The notes under the pieces are model-generated. The model had not been told where the DNA came from. It did no database searches and worked only from the letters and a program-made list of their open reading frames with translations. Made by a program: the position numbers and the translations under genes. A stretch of DNA of 64,000 bases from Styela clava (taxonomy: Eukaryota): NCBI RefSeq assembly GCF_964204865.1, contig NC_135251.1, forward strand, positions 18,848,001 through 18,912,000, read 5' to 3'. Of the stretch, positions 47,201 to 58,447 are shown in pieces. Numbering within the stretch: the stretch's first letter is position 1; each line of letters opens with the position of its first letter.

Positions 47201-50200
47201 TACTTAGAGTAAAAAAGATTTTTTTCTCATATGCCTAAAATGGAGCCAAGTAACCAAATGATCGCTTCAGACTAGTTGTTTATATAATAGCGGGTGTGGT
47301 CTATCTTTTCAAATTTTTGATTTTATATTAGGATATGTAGAGCTTGAAATTTTATTTCAATTTAGTTTGTGTTTTTTTTATACTTTCCTTTAGATTTTCC
47401 AAATTCTCCTTCGCCGAAAAGAGTCAGAAAAGACAGAAAAGTTCAAACAAAAACCTTTGAAAAACAAAGAGGAAGTCAGACCTTCGAAAGTGATTTTGCT
47501 GGTGCTGATGCAGAAGAAAATTCAAACTCTACCTCAGTGCAAAAAGGACGCAGGTTGTTTAATTTTCAATATGAAGGGTGTTCAGTTTTGATTCCAGGGA
47601 TACAAAATATTTTTACATTTTGATTGTTTTGAAGCACTGAGATGGCACACAACCTGAACATAGTATGTGTACCAGGTTAGGGTTCAGACTGTACGTTATC
47701 TTGGTGCACATACTTCGGGAGCGCCTAATCTGCTTTCAACGCTTTAACCACTAGGCCATCAAGCCAAACTGACCAACTTGAGCCCCAAATCTTGCCCCAA
47801 TCAGCATTTTCTGGAGGATAATGTATTTCCATATCTATATAGTTTCGGTAGTCCATGGTATTACACTGGTTGCCTCAGTCTCTTTTGCTTCTGAATGTGT
47901 GTAACGTTGCTTTAAGTAAGAAGGATGTGCAAGCGCTCAGACGTCTCTCAAACTTTGCATTTATGAAACAATACTTTTTTTGTTTTCAGTACTCCTGCCC
48001 GCAGTATTCTGAGTGAGGATGGGGTTAAAATAGGAAAACGAACAAGTACTTTCACTCCTGCTGTAAGAAAAAGAAAAATCTTAGCACCTGAAGGTTTTTT
48101 CCCGGACATAGAAGATGATGCTGGTAGGTAGAGCAAATTTGTAAAATATCGCCCACAATGCAAAAGGACCAAAACTCAATATTTCACTGCTCTGAATATA
48201 CTGTGAAATATTGTTTACAAAAATAGAATATTGAATGTATTCTGAGATGGTAATTGGTAATCATTGGACACAAACTAAATGTGACCCATGATGGCATAGC
48301 AGGTTAAAATCTCTGGCTCATATCCCATGCTCACGACCTCACTCACCCAGGCTGTAATAAACTAGGTAGGCAACGCCGAATCAAAAAGATTTTGGTCATT
48401 CCAAACTAGAGTGTCTCCTTATCTAGTAATAGGAGCTTCTGTCTTGTTCAGAGTATAAATAAGTTGATAGAAAAATATTACAAATTATGTTTGCTAATGC
48501 GTAATGTTTGAGATAGACATTGTTTTGATCAATATTCCATTTTTTAAAATGTAAGCAATAAAAGTAAGTTTATTTTTTGTCTGGCCCTCATATGTCAAAT
48601 GCTCGGCATGGCAAATTTTCAAATGAAAAATTTTATTGATTGTGAATATACGATATCGAATATGATCAATTTCGAAAGTACTTGAGTATTGAATTTTGTT
48701 TCAGACATACCTAGCTTTGTAAAAACTATCTTAAAGGTAAAAGATCATAAATAAAACGATGATAAAATGGGTTATGATATATATGTAGTAGTTGTAATCT
48801 TGGTTATGATATCGCTAATGGTCAATCCTATTCTACTAATACTACAAACTTATTTTTTCAATACAAATTTTCTCAAAACAAGGCCCCGGTCTAGTTTGAA
48901 AAAATTTCTTTAATATTGCAAGTTACCTTGTTACACTTAATTAGCAATTCACAATATTCTCTCTGTTTAGGTTGGGCCAAATACTTTAAAGAATGCGAGG
49001 ATAAAACTCAATCGGATAGTTCTTTCAATATAAAAGTTACAGTACCAATGTCCGCACTTCCTACAATGGTGCCTATTCAAACAACTGTTAACACACAACT
49101 GAAGTCTTCCAATTCTTCTATCCTGACATTTCGTAAGTAAATGTGTTTTAGTTAACACTTCTGATTTGAAACCAGTGGTTTTATCAGGAAGCCATGTGGC
49201 TGCAAAATAGTTTATTTGTCTTTTATTGCCTGAATTGTATTAAATATGAATATATAAATATAAAACCAAACCTATTACTGGCATAATGAAGTGTTCGGTA
49301 ATGTGTATCAATTTTAATAAAACTGGCAAGCCTATGGCTATTTTATTTGAATAAAACAATATAACGTACATTGATATGCACTCTTGAATTTGAATTGAAA
49401 CTTTCGAACTCCAGTTGGAAACTACTAATTTAAATGCTTGCATACAAATGAACCATCAGTATCGCTACCGTTCACTTACATTTCGTGTATTTTATTTTTC
49501 ATTGTTATTTCAAAGATTGTGGTCTGTGCTTCAGGATTAATTTTTGGGGTTTGTACCAGTAATTAGATAAAAATGTCCACGATCCATTGTCCAAGAAACA
49601 TGTTTAACAGAACTTCTACCAAATTAAACTTCCAATAAGCTGTGTCACCAAAACTTACCCTATACGAAACGTTTTTCAGTCATCAGAGCGAGAGGTTTTT
49701 CCATGAATTTGAGTTATGTAGAATTTGGCACCTCATTTCTCTTTTCATGATGGTATTGACTTGAAATGATTATTCTATTATTCACTATCATATATATATA
49801 TTTTTTTCTGAGCGAGTGTGCATGACCTTGCCACAAGGACATTCTCTCAAAATATCTCAATATCATCTTTTTGTCAATTCAGAGAAAAAGCTTCCAACTA
49901 CAATTGCTACCCCGGGACTGAAAAATGTGGCATCTGATGAACAAGGTGCTAGTCCAATCGCTGGTCTTTCTACAGTTGTCCGAAAAGTTAATTCTGATAC
50001 GGCTGCAATTTCTCCTGGCAATGTTGTTATAAGTAAAACCAAGCTTGCGACAAATTCTAATAACAAACCAGTCTATCAATTTCATATTGTACCTAAAAGT
50101 CAAAAGAATAAGCCAACACCGAGTAAGTTTATATACAATAAGTACCTTATGTATTCACATTTTACGGCTAATAAGCCAAGGTAACTTTTTAGCACCGAAA

Positions 50201-53200
50201 TAAGGGTTTTTCTATATTACCATCCAGTGAGCCGACTGCCGAGGCAGAAAATTTGTGATACGGTTTTCTCTGATTGTCAGTTAAGCACCAATTCTTGGTC
50301 TATCTTTATCAGTTCTATTTTCCTTGGTGAAGCGTCAATGAGCTTCTCCGTCTTTGACGTGTTTACAGTACACGTGCCAAGCGCATTTTTTTCATGGGTT
50401 GCACACTTGACGATATTGTTAATTGCTTTTGCTCATGATGCACGCACAAATACGGCAACATCAAATATAGTAGCAGCAGAGATATTCCAGATTCACACTA
50501 TGAAAATGCCAATTCATGAAACAAACTGAAAAGGCAAATTGTTGTCCCCCTTTTTTATTATATTCTGGTTCAAAGCTAATAAATAGTAACCCCAGAAAAA
50601 TCAAATAAGCTTACCCACTAAATCCGGCCAAAAATCGGGGGTTCAAAAATTGACCTATTAGCCTGAAAATACAGTATATATATATGTTGTTTTGTCCTTC
50701 GTACAAACAGTTTTGCATAGTTCATCCTTACCCCTCTTTTTCTACCCAACATCTGGAAAGCACTTTGCCTACCTATCTATCTAAGTGAATGTACCTCTTG
50801 TTTTATCCTTTTGTTCCTTTACTTTACCCGTTATCCTTTTTATCCTTAAGTTTTGTCCAACATTTAAATAAGGGGGCGCATGCCCCATATTTGTGTGTTA
50901 GGCCATCATGGACTTGTGAAAATTTAAATTAAATTTAACTATTTAATGTTCTTATTTTGGGTTATTTGTATGTATTTTTGTAACAATTTTTAATACATCT
51001 AATTTTTTTTTTATAATTTCTATTTCAGTTGCTCCAAAGCACAATCCATCTTCCACCCAGCCACTGTTTGGTTTAATAAATAAAGTTCAAAGCATGTTAT
51101 CTCAAGGTAACTTATATACATGTTACCTATGTTTGTGTCACAGAATTGAGAGGTTCAAGGAAATAAAGCACAAGATTACCTTTTTCTTAAGTGATTGTCA
51201 TCGGTGCACCTAGCTGGCTAATTTCCTTTTGTTTCTTTATAATGATAAGATGATTTTTTTTTGCCGAAGTATACTTGTGAGCTTTCTTTAGAATACAGTT
51301 TTATGTCCCAAGATTATTAGAGGTTCAAGGTGATAACTAAAGAAAGGTCAAATGAAATCTTTCAAATATACTTGCTATTTTATTGAAAGAGATTATGTTA
51401 TTCTTGTATAATATCTCATTCAAGTATCTTTGTAGCAATTGCTACAAACACATTTGAAATGGAAAGTAAAAACAAGAAGAGAGCAGTTTATTAATTAATA
51501 CACAATATACTAGTATTATCTACCCCCCCCCCCCCCCCCTAAAAATAAATAAATAAAGAATTGGCGGTGCTCTACCATACACTTGTATGTAGTGGTAAAT
51601 GGGTTATTGGGTTATCAAAAAAAAAAGCGTGCCAAAGTTTCATCAAACAAATGACAACTTAATTATTTGGATAAAATGCATTCATTCATAGCAGCAAAAT
51701 GTTGTCTTACTCTATAGCAGCCTATATTTTCGGTAATATACATTTTGCTATTGCTTTGGTATTTTGCTATTTATATTATGCATATATTCGGCTGGAAAGC
51801 ACTGTTCTAATACTTTCATATCTTTATTTCTAGTACCACGAACACCAGTAGATCTAAGATGTCTAGAAGTGACTCACTCTACTTTACTAGTACAGTGGGA
51901 TGCTCCGATAAACTGTGTTGTAACTCATTACAAAGTTGTTTTCCAAGGTAAGATTTCAATTTCTGTTTTTGAAAGGATAGATATTTATATTTTAAGTTTT
52001 TATATTATGGGTTATTACCAAATACATTCTTTTTAGGTGCCGGGGCCCCAACAGTTCAACTTCTGCCACCCGAGCAAACTCTTGTCAGACTTGTTGGATT
52101 GAAGTCAGATACTATGTATGTCGTTCGTGTCTACACACTTTACAACCAATCTGTCAGCCAATATGCTTTCTTGTATCAAAAAACAAGTAAGTTTTGGATT
52201 TTGGATTGATATATTGCGACTTGAAGTGCGAATAACTAAAATTCTGTCATGAATTTTTATTGAGTTAAATAATATATGGTAACAAATTTTATGGAGATTT
52301 CTCTCAAAGAAAATTCACACACACTCACTTCAAAGAAAATAAGGCTTATCTCTGAACATATTATATACGACCAGCCGACCACTGAAAGGCTACTTAAAAC
52401 TAGTTCCAATTATGGTGGTGGATTATGCGCTAGCAAATCCAAATTGACATAATACTTGGAGCAGTTGATATCAATACGATCAGAAAAACAATCATAATGA
52501 GGTGAACTAAACTATTGGGTCTGGATACAAATCTGACTAATCAGCCTGCTGGTATATCTGAACAACATGACTACTCAAGTTAAGTGCATTCAGAGTTCTT
52601 CATGCCATATGACTAGGGCTGTCCAAAATCGAATATTTTTTTGATTCGAATCGAACCGAATATTTTTCTCACATCGAACCGAATAATCGAATATTATTGC
52701 GCAATCCTCCTAACTTTGTCTCTAATGTACAATAAAAACTTCCTCTCCAATATTGTGATAACTAATGTGCAGTTATATCTAAATTATTGCAAATATTTTG
52801 CATAACTATGTTTTCAGAGTTATAAAAGGAGATCACAAGCTTCCTTGAACTGGTCAAAAAATTAGTTTTGAAAACTATCAAGTGTTAAGAGTTGGAAATT
52901 GCACAGACTCTTTGAATGCCCTTAGTTTGATGACATTATTAGTTGATGACCATATTGTTGCTGTACAACAGCCATCAACTCACAAGAGTGCAATTATTTG
53001 CCATTATTAGTAGTAAATGAATGATACAAAGTGTTGCCATTGGAAGAAATTACACATTCTTTTGAAAAAAGGGTATTGGACCTCCAAAACGTGTTTCAGT
53101 CTTGTACCATGTTCCTATGATTACTAACTCAGCTTCTACAACTCCCTGTTCCTGCGTCAGTAACTGTGGCGTCAGTAACTGTGGCGCCATCAGAATTTGG

Positions 53201-55909
53201 TGGCGATTCTATTTATAGAACTGGCATTTTTGCTGATACTAAATTTGCCTTTTTCTTCTTGCGTTCTCTCAAAAAACGTCATCTTTAAATCATTGTTACT
53301 GTTATTCATTGTAAACTTTTTTCATTTATGACCATGCATGAAATGGATAATTACATGTCACCGGGCAATAGGAGAAACTTTTTTACAGCAAAGAAAGCGA
53401 TAGAAACATGTTTTTGCTTGTCCCGTGTAAAACGTGGTGCAAAGGTGGTCGTGAGGCGCATTATGCACCAAATTTTAGCGATTCATAAATTGGCCGAAAA
53501 ACGCTTTTAATAATTTGCGATTCGATTTCCAATATTCGGTTGGCTTGGACAGCCCTCCATATGACTAATTTTGTCACCAGAATTACTTAACATCACTATA
53601 ATATTTGAATGTAATATAGAACACAGGCTGTGTAAAACATTGTGTAAAATTATTCATTGCTTTCTCCATTTTTAGATAAGCTTCGTGATAGCACAACTAA
53701 ACCAGTAGATGATGTTGTTCTTGTGCTTGATGACAATGAACCATTAAATACACTACATGGTACGATGCCTACATCTAAAAAAGAAACGGCAACAACTAAA
53801 AATAACAATGGTGCTGCTAAGACCACAACAACTGTAGAGAAATCTTTTGTACCAGCGACAACATCAGTCTCTTCGCTGACATCTACCAGCCATAATTCGA
53901 TAACCACTGATCAACAACAGGCTTTGAAAAAACAGCTGCAAGACGAATCTGAGAAAAAAAAGGTTATTAATGAATTGCTCGCCGGTTTCAAGAAAAATAA
54001 ATATCAAAAAAATAAAACGGTAAAATCGAATATAGGCTTGAGCGCTGCCACTGAGACTGCTGGGAAGGAAACATGTATCGGGAAAGACAATCGACCATTT
54101 GAGCAGGCTGATGCCAAAGCAGTGACTGATGAATTGAAAGCAGATGTTGATAACGAGGTGCTCTCAAATGCACCTGCCTCTCCTGAAGTAACCATAGTGG
54201 CAACATCGACAATAGGATGTGTCACTGGCAATAGCAAACTAATGAACAAAACGGAGGACCAGATCAATATTGTTAAAGTTATTCCAGCAAGTAACCTAGC
54301 AAGCACTGACAAAAGAGAAGAGATGCATGTGTTAATTGATTCACTAAACAATGGTTCGATCATATCAACTAAGGAAAATAATGCTGAGAAATCAATGAAA
54401 AGTCCTGATGAAATTAAAGACTCTACTGCAGTATCTGAAGATGAGAACAATATTGTTAAAATTATTCCAGCACGTAACCAAGCATGCACTGACAAAAGAG
54501 AAGAGGTGCATGTGTTAACTGATCCACTAAACAATGGTTCGATCACATCAACAGTGGAAAATAATGCTGAGAATAAAACGGAATCTCTCGATGAAATTAA
54601 AGATGTTGTGGTAGTTGGTGAACTACCACATACTTTATTATCTGATGATCAGATCAATATTGTTAAAATTATTCCAGCAAGTAATCAAGCACCGACTGTT
54701 GGAAGAAAAGAGGTGCATGTGATAACTGATTCGCCAAACGTTGTATCGACCATGCCAGCAGCGGAGAAAGAAACTGGAACTCTTGATGAAATTAAAGATG
54801 TTGATGAACTACCGTATACTGCAGTATCTGATGATCAGATCAATATCGTTAAAATTTTTCCAGCGAATAACCAAGCATTTACTGTCGAAACTGAAGAGGT
54901 GCAGGTGATATCCGATACACAAAACGATGGCTCAATCATTTCAACAGTGGAAAATAATGCAGGCAATAAAATGGAAACCCCTAATGAAAATAAAGATATG
55001 AATGAACAACCACATACTGCAATATCTGATAATGCCATTACCTTAACTTTGCATCCAAACAGCAATGTCTCGAAAAATGCGATAGAAATTTGCGATGAAG
55101 CCGATCCAGAGTCAATTGAGACATCTGATCTTCCTACAAATCCAGTTTCTTGTGAGACCCCTAATTCTGATGAAACTGAAGAAATTAGCAGTAACAATGT
55201 CAAAGATGACAAAGAAAACATGCAGCCACAGACTGACGATTGCGACTTGGGATTTAATATTGTAAATATTGTTAGCTTGAGTAATCAGTCGAAAGTCGAA
55301 ACTAACACAACAAACTATGGTGGTGATGAATTAGTGGCAACTGAAAGGAGTGATACAGGATCTGTGAATATTTCGCAAGAGGATATTTTACCCAAAACAT
55401 CATCATTACTTTCCACAAATTTGGAAGCGTCAAACAATGAAAAGGTAAATAATCAGGATAAAAAAGCAGGAGGCTTGAATGCTAATGATATGATGGAACT
55501 TGATGACTGTTCGACAAATTCTGAACTGAAAGACGAGAACATAAGTTCAAAGTCCCCTACATTTTCATTGCCAATTTCACCAGTACCACCAAGCCTAAAG
55601 GTGCCTTCTACATCGACTTCTGATGAAGACACCACTGAAACAGAAAGAGCTGATGAAGTTGCTGATTGTGAAGACATCATATTGAATCTGGACGACTCCC
55701 CTATTCTACAAACAGAAAATGACAGCACGGATTCGGATAATGAAAATAATCCCGGACCTGATGAAAGGGAGTTGATGATAGAAAAAAATAATGAGAAAGA
55801 TGTGGATGAGGTGCAGTCAATTGTAAATCAACAAACTTCAATTTGTGATTCAACTCCTACACTCGATGACATCAAAGATATCATAAATGAAGATCTGTCA
55901 TGGTTGTAA
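32222..55909 (+). CDS. POGZ/ZNF280-family C2H2 zinc-finger protein with NuRD-binding motif, FN3 domain and acidic repeat tail (about 1720 aa); no pogo transposase domain
   Basis: Exons: 32222-32390, 33006-33122, 33245-33376, 33454-33583, 33709-33780, 34189-34346, 35109-35259, 35833-35929, 36006-36143, 36497-36608, 37056-37236, 38016-38174, 38977-39112, 39368-39447, 47123-47181, 47394-47553, 47990-48123, 48971-49132, 49883-50122, 51029-51106, 51834-51947, 52037-52186, 53676-55909. Total 5163 nt, open frame. POGZ/ZNF280 signature peptides: [115 protein letters not shown]...[17 protein letters not shown]. The join across the 7.7-kb intron is inferred from matching phase 2. Confidence 0.85.
32858..33014 (+). 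repeat. 79-80 bp tandem duplication spanning a splice acceptor
   Basis: CTATTGGCTTACTAGATTGCACTTTT...TTTAATTATAG|TTCCTCATC occurs twice, giving acceptors before 32927 and before 33006. Confidence 0.9.
34565..34935. repeat. Degenerate foldback-like element built from short repeats in inverted arms
   Basis: The left arm is rich in (CTT)GCAC(CA/TA) and the right arm in TGGTGCAA/AGTGCAA, with a sharp C/T to G/A strand-skew switch near 34750. Confidence 0.55.
36169..36431 (+). mobile_element. SINE family A copy, 5' truncated
   Basis: GGTTCGAATCC B box, shared body and ATCCTATCCT tail. Confidence 0.8.
37557..37899. mobile_element. Tc1/mariner-pogo-like MITE
   Basis: TA|CTGTAATTTCCGGCCATAAG ... 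TTAGCCAGGAAATAGGG|TA; a related inverted copy lies at 50154-50674. Confidence 0.55.
38338..38822. mobile_element. Degenerate hAT-like MITE
   Basis: CGGCGCA(C) subterminal motifs clustered at both ends; right terminus TTAGGAACCGCTG. Confidence 0.5.
40317..41213. mobile_element. hAT (Charlie/Buster-like) non-autonomous element, 897 bp
   Basis: TIRs CAGGGATGTCCAAC / GTTGGACATGCCTG; 8-bp TSD TTATAGAT; duplicated GGCGGCCCACT subterminal motif. Confidence 0.9.
42613..43486 (-). CDS. Putative nested antisense small gene (2 coding exons, 75 aa, unknown function)
   Basis: Exon 43494-43382 (TTCAG| ... GAG|GTAAG, ATG at 43486) joins in phase 0 to exon 42735-42613 (strong T-tract TAAG| acceptor, TGA stop). 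Possible UTR exon at 43759-43682. Confidence 0.35.
45852..46230. repeat. Diverged tandem duplication, period about 198 bp
   Basis: Blocks TTTCTCCTGTGTTT.CCATTC, CAAATGAATAA, AAAATGCTGTAAA(A)TCACTGTC and ACAAGTC.ATGAA are each present twice. Confidence 0.75.
47630..47726. mobile_element. Partial copy of the Merlin-like MITE
   Basis: GATGGCACACAACCTGAACATAGTATGTGTACCAGGTTAGGG ... GCACATACTTCGGGAGCGCC. Confidence 0.65.
48288..48430 (+). mobile_element. SINE-like family B copy (others at about 4240-4330, 6335-6400, 11070-11185, 23370-23466, 39215-39300, 41803-41930)
   Basis: Shared GCAGGTTAAA..TCT..G.TC(A/C)AATCCCATGC.CA...CCTCAC.CA..TGTAATAAA...GGCAA...CCGAA.CA motif in either orientation. Confidence 0.55.
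50154..50674. mobile_element. Tc1/mariner-pogo-like MITE
   Basis: Ends ATTTTACGGCTAATAAG ... CTATTAGCCTGAAAATACAG|TA; shares TTTTAG(C/T)(A/G)C and TCCA(G)TGAG blocks with 37557-37899. Confidence 0.55.
51834..52186 (+). other. Fibronectin type III domain (two exons) within the zinc-finger gene
   Basis: [38 protein letters not shown]|[42 protein letters not shown] carries the FN3 consensus P..L, conserved W, Y.V and L.GL.P/S.T.Y.V.V. Flanking and internal introns are all phase 1. Confidence 0.85.
52614..53557. mobile_element. hAT (Ac-like, TAGGG ends) non-autonomous element, 944 bp
   Basis: TAGGGCTGTCCAA ... TTGGACAGCCCTC; 8-bp TSD CATATGAC; TCGAAT/TCGAACCGAAT subterminal repeats. Confidence 0.88.
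54257..55030 (+). repeat. Four in-frame coding tandem repeats (periods 183, 207 and 186 nt) in the terminal exon
   Basis: Units begin at about 54257, 54440, 54647 and 54833 with D(Q/E)(I/N)NIVK(V/I)(I/F)PA.N.A....EE(V/M)(H/Q)V(L/I).D; clear nucleotide-level similarity between units. Confidence 0.9.
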
Positions 55910-56271
55910 CGTTTATGGTATTTTGATACCTATATTTTCAGAATCATGTACAAGAGCTGATGCTTTTTATTTTGTAAGTAGTTGTTGCTCTGCCGAAAGC
56001 TTTTTTCGACATTGTTCAACATTATGTAACAGAAGCTGTACTGTATGCCTTTTACACATAATAATTAGAAGGCCTCTAATTTCTGATCGTTGGTTCATTC
56101 ACTTTCTTGTTTTTATTTGTGTTTGGAGTTTGCTAGAGCTACAGTTGTAAATAGGATTATGTGAATTCCGCCTTCAGTTTACTTTGGTAACCTATTATTG
56201 GGGTTAGGTATTTGTACCGCTAGATATCACACTAACGTTTGTATCTACTCATTAAACTGCCACTTCTTTTG

Positions 56272-56277
56272 AATAAA
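56272..56277 (+). terminator. Candidate polyadenylation signal of the zinc-finger gene
   Basis: AATAAA about 360 nt after the TAA stop at 55909. Confidence 0.45.
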
Positions 56278-57139
56278 TTCTTAATGTATTATTGTAAAGA
56301 AAATTTTGTCTCTCCTGGATAATTATTTTTAGCGGTATTAGTTAAAAGCCAATGGGATTAAACAATCCATACAATGACCGTGTCGACTTATGAGAGGAAT
56401 CTTGAGTTTTCAAAATTATTTTACATGTTCCAGCCACTGTCATATCCTGGAGATAATTTTAATGCAGAATCACAGATATTGAAGGGGTGCTCAAAAGGGC
56501 TGCTTTACATTTTTCTTGGGCCATTGTAGGCCATAGAATTGCTGGGAATGTTTTGCTAGGGGAATCTACCTTTCGGGCACCGCACTATCCTACAAAATAA
56601 CCATCCTGAATCTTGATGCAAAGGTAGTGCAAGCTGTCCCCCTCAGCAGAGTAACAAAACCTGAGCCTTCATCGATTCGGCCTTCACTCAGACAGACCAT
56701 TTTAGAATGTTATTGACCTCTCCATCAAACAGATCTGAACTGTGGTCCCTATTGATTTTCTAAACATAACTTAAATGGTGTTCGTGATATAAGTTCTGCG
56801 AAGTGAGCCCAATGTGACGACTGAAAGCCCAAACGATTCATATCTTGTCCATCACCAGTTTAATATTTATGGCCTTCCTGGAGTTTCGTAGAAGTCGTTT
56901 TTTTAAATAGTTTGGGAAAATAATGTAGACCTCCCAGGACTCGACAATCTAGCAGTGCAGTAGTAATGCCACTACACATGTTGGTCATAGAAACAATATC
57001 CCAACCATAAGGTCGCAATGTTCTTTTTTCACACTGTGCCATGTATAATGCCAAAAGGTATCAATTTATTCAGTAGAACATAGGCGAAATTACGAGTAAA
57101 TATATAAGTAATGATGAATGAAAAATTAAGCATTGTAAA

Positions 57140-58068
57140 TCAATAAATAACTTTATCACATAGTTCATTTGTTAAATCATAAGTAACTCCTTTCCAAACA
57201 AATTTACTAGGTAACTCAACAGTCTGTCCATCACTCAGTGATGTGATTTTCACTGAATCGTCGAATACGAACCCAGAACTAATATCAATAGCAAGTGAAG
57301 ACTTGATCAAACCTATTCCACCATACCTATCATGACAAATATGGTAAACTCGACCAGTGTGGGGCAGCATGCACAAAGTTGTAGGCTCAAAAGGCAAAGT
57401 TAGTTTATCTCCAGCACCACCATAAGAAAGTAGGTATTGTACTCCCCCAGAATCCAGTTCAGTCTTCTCTATAATATGGGTATAAACAATTGGGTAGTCA
57501 TCACATCTGAAATGAAAATAAAAGTATGACAACACACCTAAAAAGAGGAAAGACCTGGTGATATTGATGAAAACAAATTCTCACACCGGTGTCAACTGTA
57601 TTATAGTAAGACATCAATAGCATCTCACTGACCAACTTGGTGAGCTTATCGTAAAATGATAAGTCATTTTTGTAAAAGTAAGAAGAGGTAACAAATAGGT
57701 AATTCAATACTGTTTATGTACCTTATAAAATTTCTCTCTCTCCCACACAGTGATAAATAAGGAAATGAGTCCTGGTATCGACCAGTCACATTCCCTTTTA
57801 TTCGCCTGAAGAAAAATTCCAAAAAAGGTTTGTCTTTGAAACATGTGATAAAATTTTTCACTTTAGTATCATCAAGAAATAATTGACCTTGATGATCAAT
57901 ATAATAAAAGTATTCTCTTATATTTTTTTCTGCATATTGTCCTTGTGTGTACGCTTTGTTTGCTGCAGCATTTGACGAGTAATTGCATCTTATAGCTCCG
58001 ATTACTGTCAGCTTTCTTATCAAATTTTTGAAACACTGACTAGAATAATTTGTAAGACAAGAAACCAT
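57140..58068 (-). CDS. C8orf82: UPF0598 protein C8orf82 homologue (DUF4505), 2 coding exons 58068-57722 and 57506-57140
   Basis: Conserved YTQGQ....REYFYYIDHQGQLFLDDTKVKNFITCFKD.PFLEFFF and FPYLSLCGRERNFIR|CDDYPIVYTH, plus GRVYH and GIGLIKSSLA. Phase-2 GT-AG intron. The basic N-terminus resembles a mitochondrial presequence. Confidence 0.93.
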
Positions 58069-58231
58069 TTTAAAGTTCACATCACTTTATGCTATCAGAG
58101 AAATATATTATGAATAAAAAATACATTTACTAACAACGAAAGTGAAAAATTGCTTTGAAGAATAATGCACCAATGTGAAATTTGATAAATCTCAAGATAA
58201 ATGTTATTCTCGGTAAGTATGAGGGAACATA

Positions 58232-58447
58232 ACGTAAATCCTCACCTCGCACATAAGCTGAGTTTAAAACTCAAAAAAATAGCCAAACTGAGAAGTCGGC
58301 TCAAATGCGCATAAATGCGATGATCACACTAATTCTCTTCAACCATTTGCTGTGATAGGTGCATATGATGTTACGTTTCGTAGGGTCGATAGGCAATTTT
58401 TATAAATTCACCGTTTTCAGGGGGTCGGCCTATATGCGAGGATATAA
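58232..58447. mobile_element. Degenerate Tc1/mariner-like MITE
   Basis: CTCGCACATAAGCTGAG ... GTCGGCCTATATGCGAGGATATA imperfect inverted ends. Confidence 0.45.

Noticed and set aside
51845-51859. PVDLR as a CtBP-binding PxDLS-like motif (and PTVQL as PxVxL in the next exon)
   Set aside because: Both lie inside the folded FN3 domain and fit its normal strand pattern.
53650-55728. Several minus-strand ORFs (up to 180 aa) opposite the terminal exon
   Set aside because: These are antisense shadows of the long plus-strand coding exon.
56400-57050. GC-richer spacer with a GPQFRS peptide reminiscent of an LTR integrase core
   Set aside because: A single short match among stop codons, with no other retroelement motifs.
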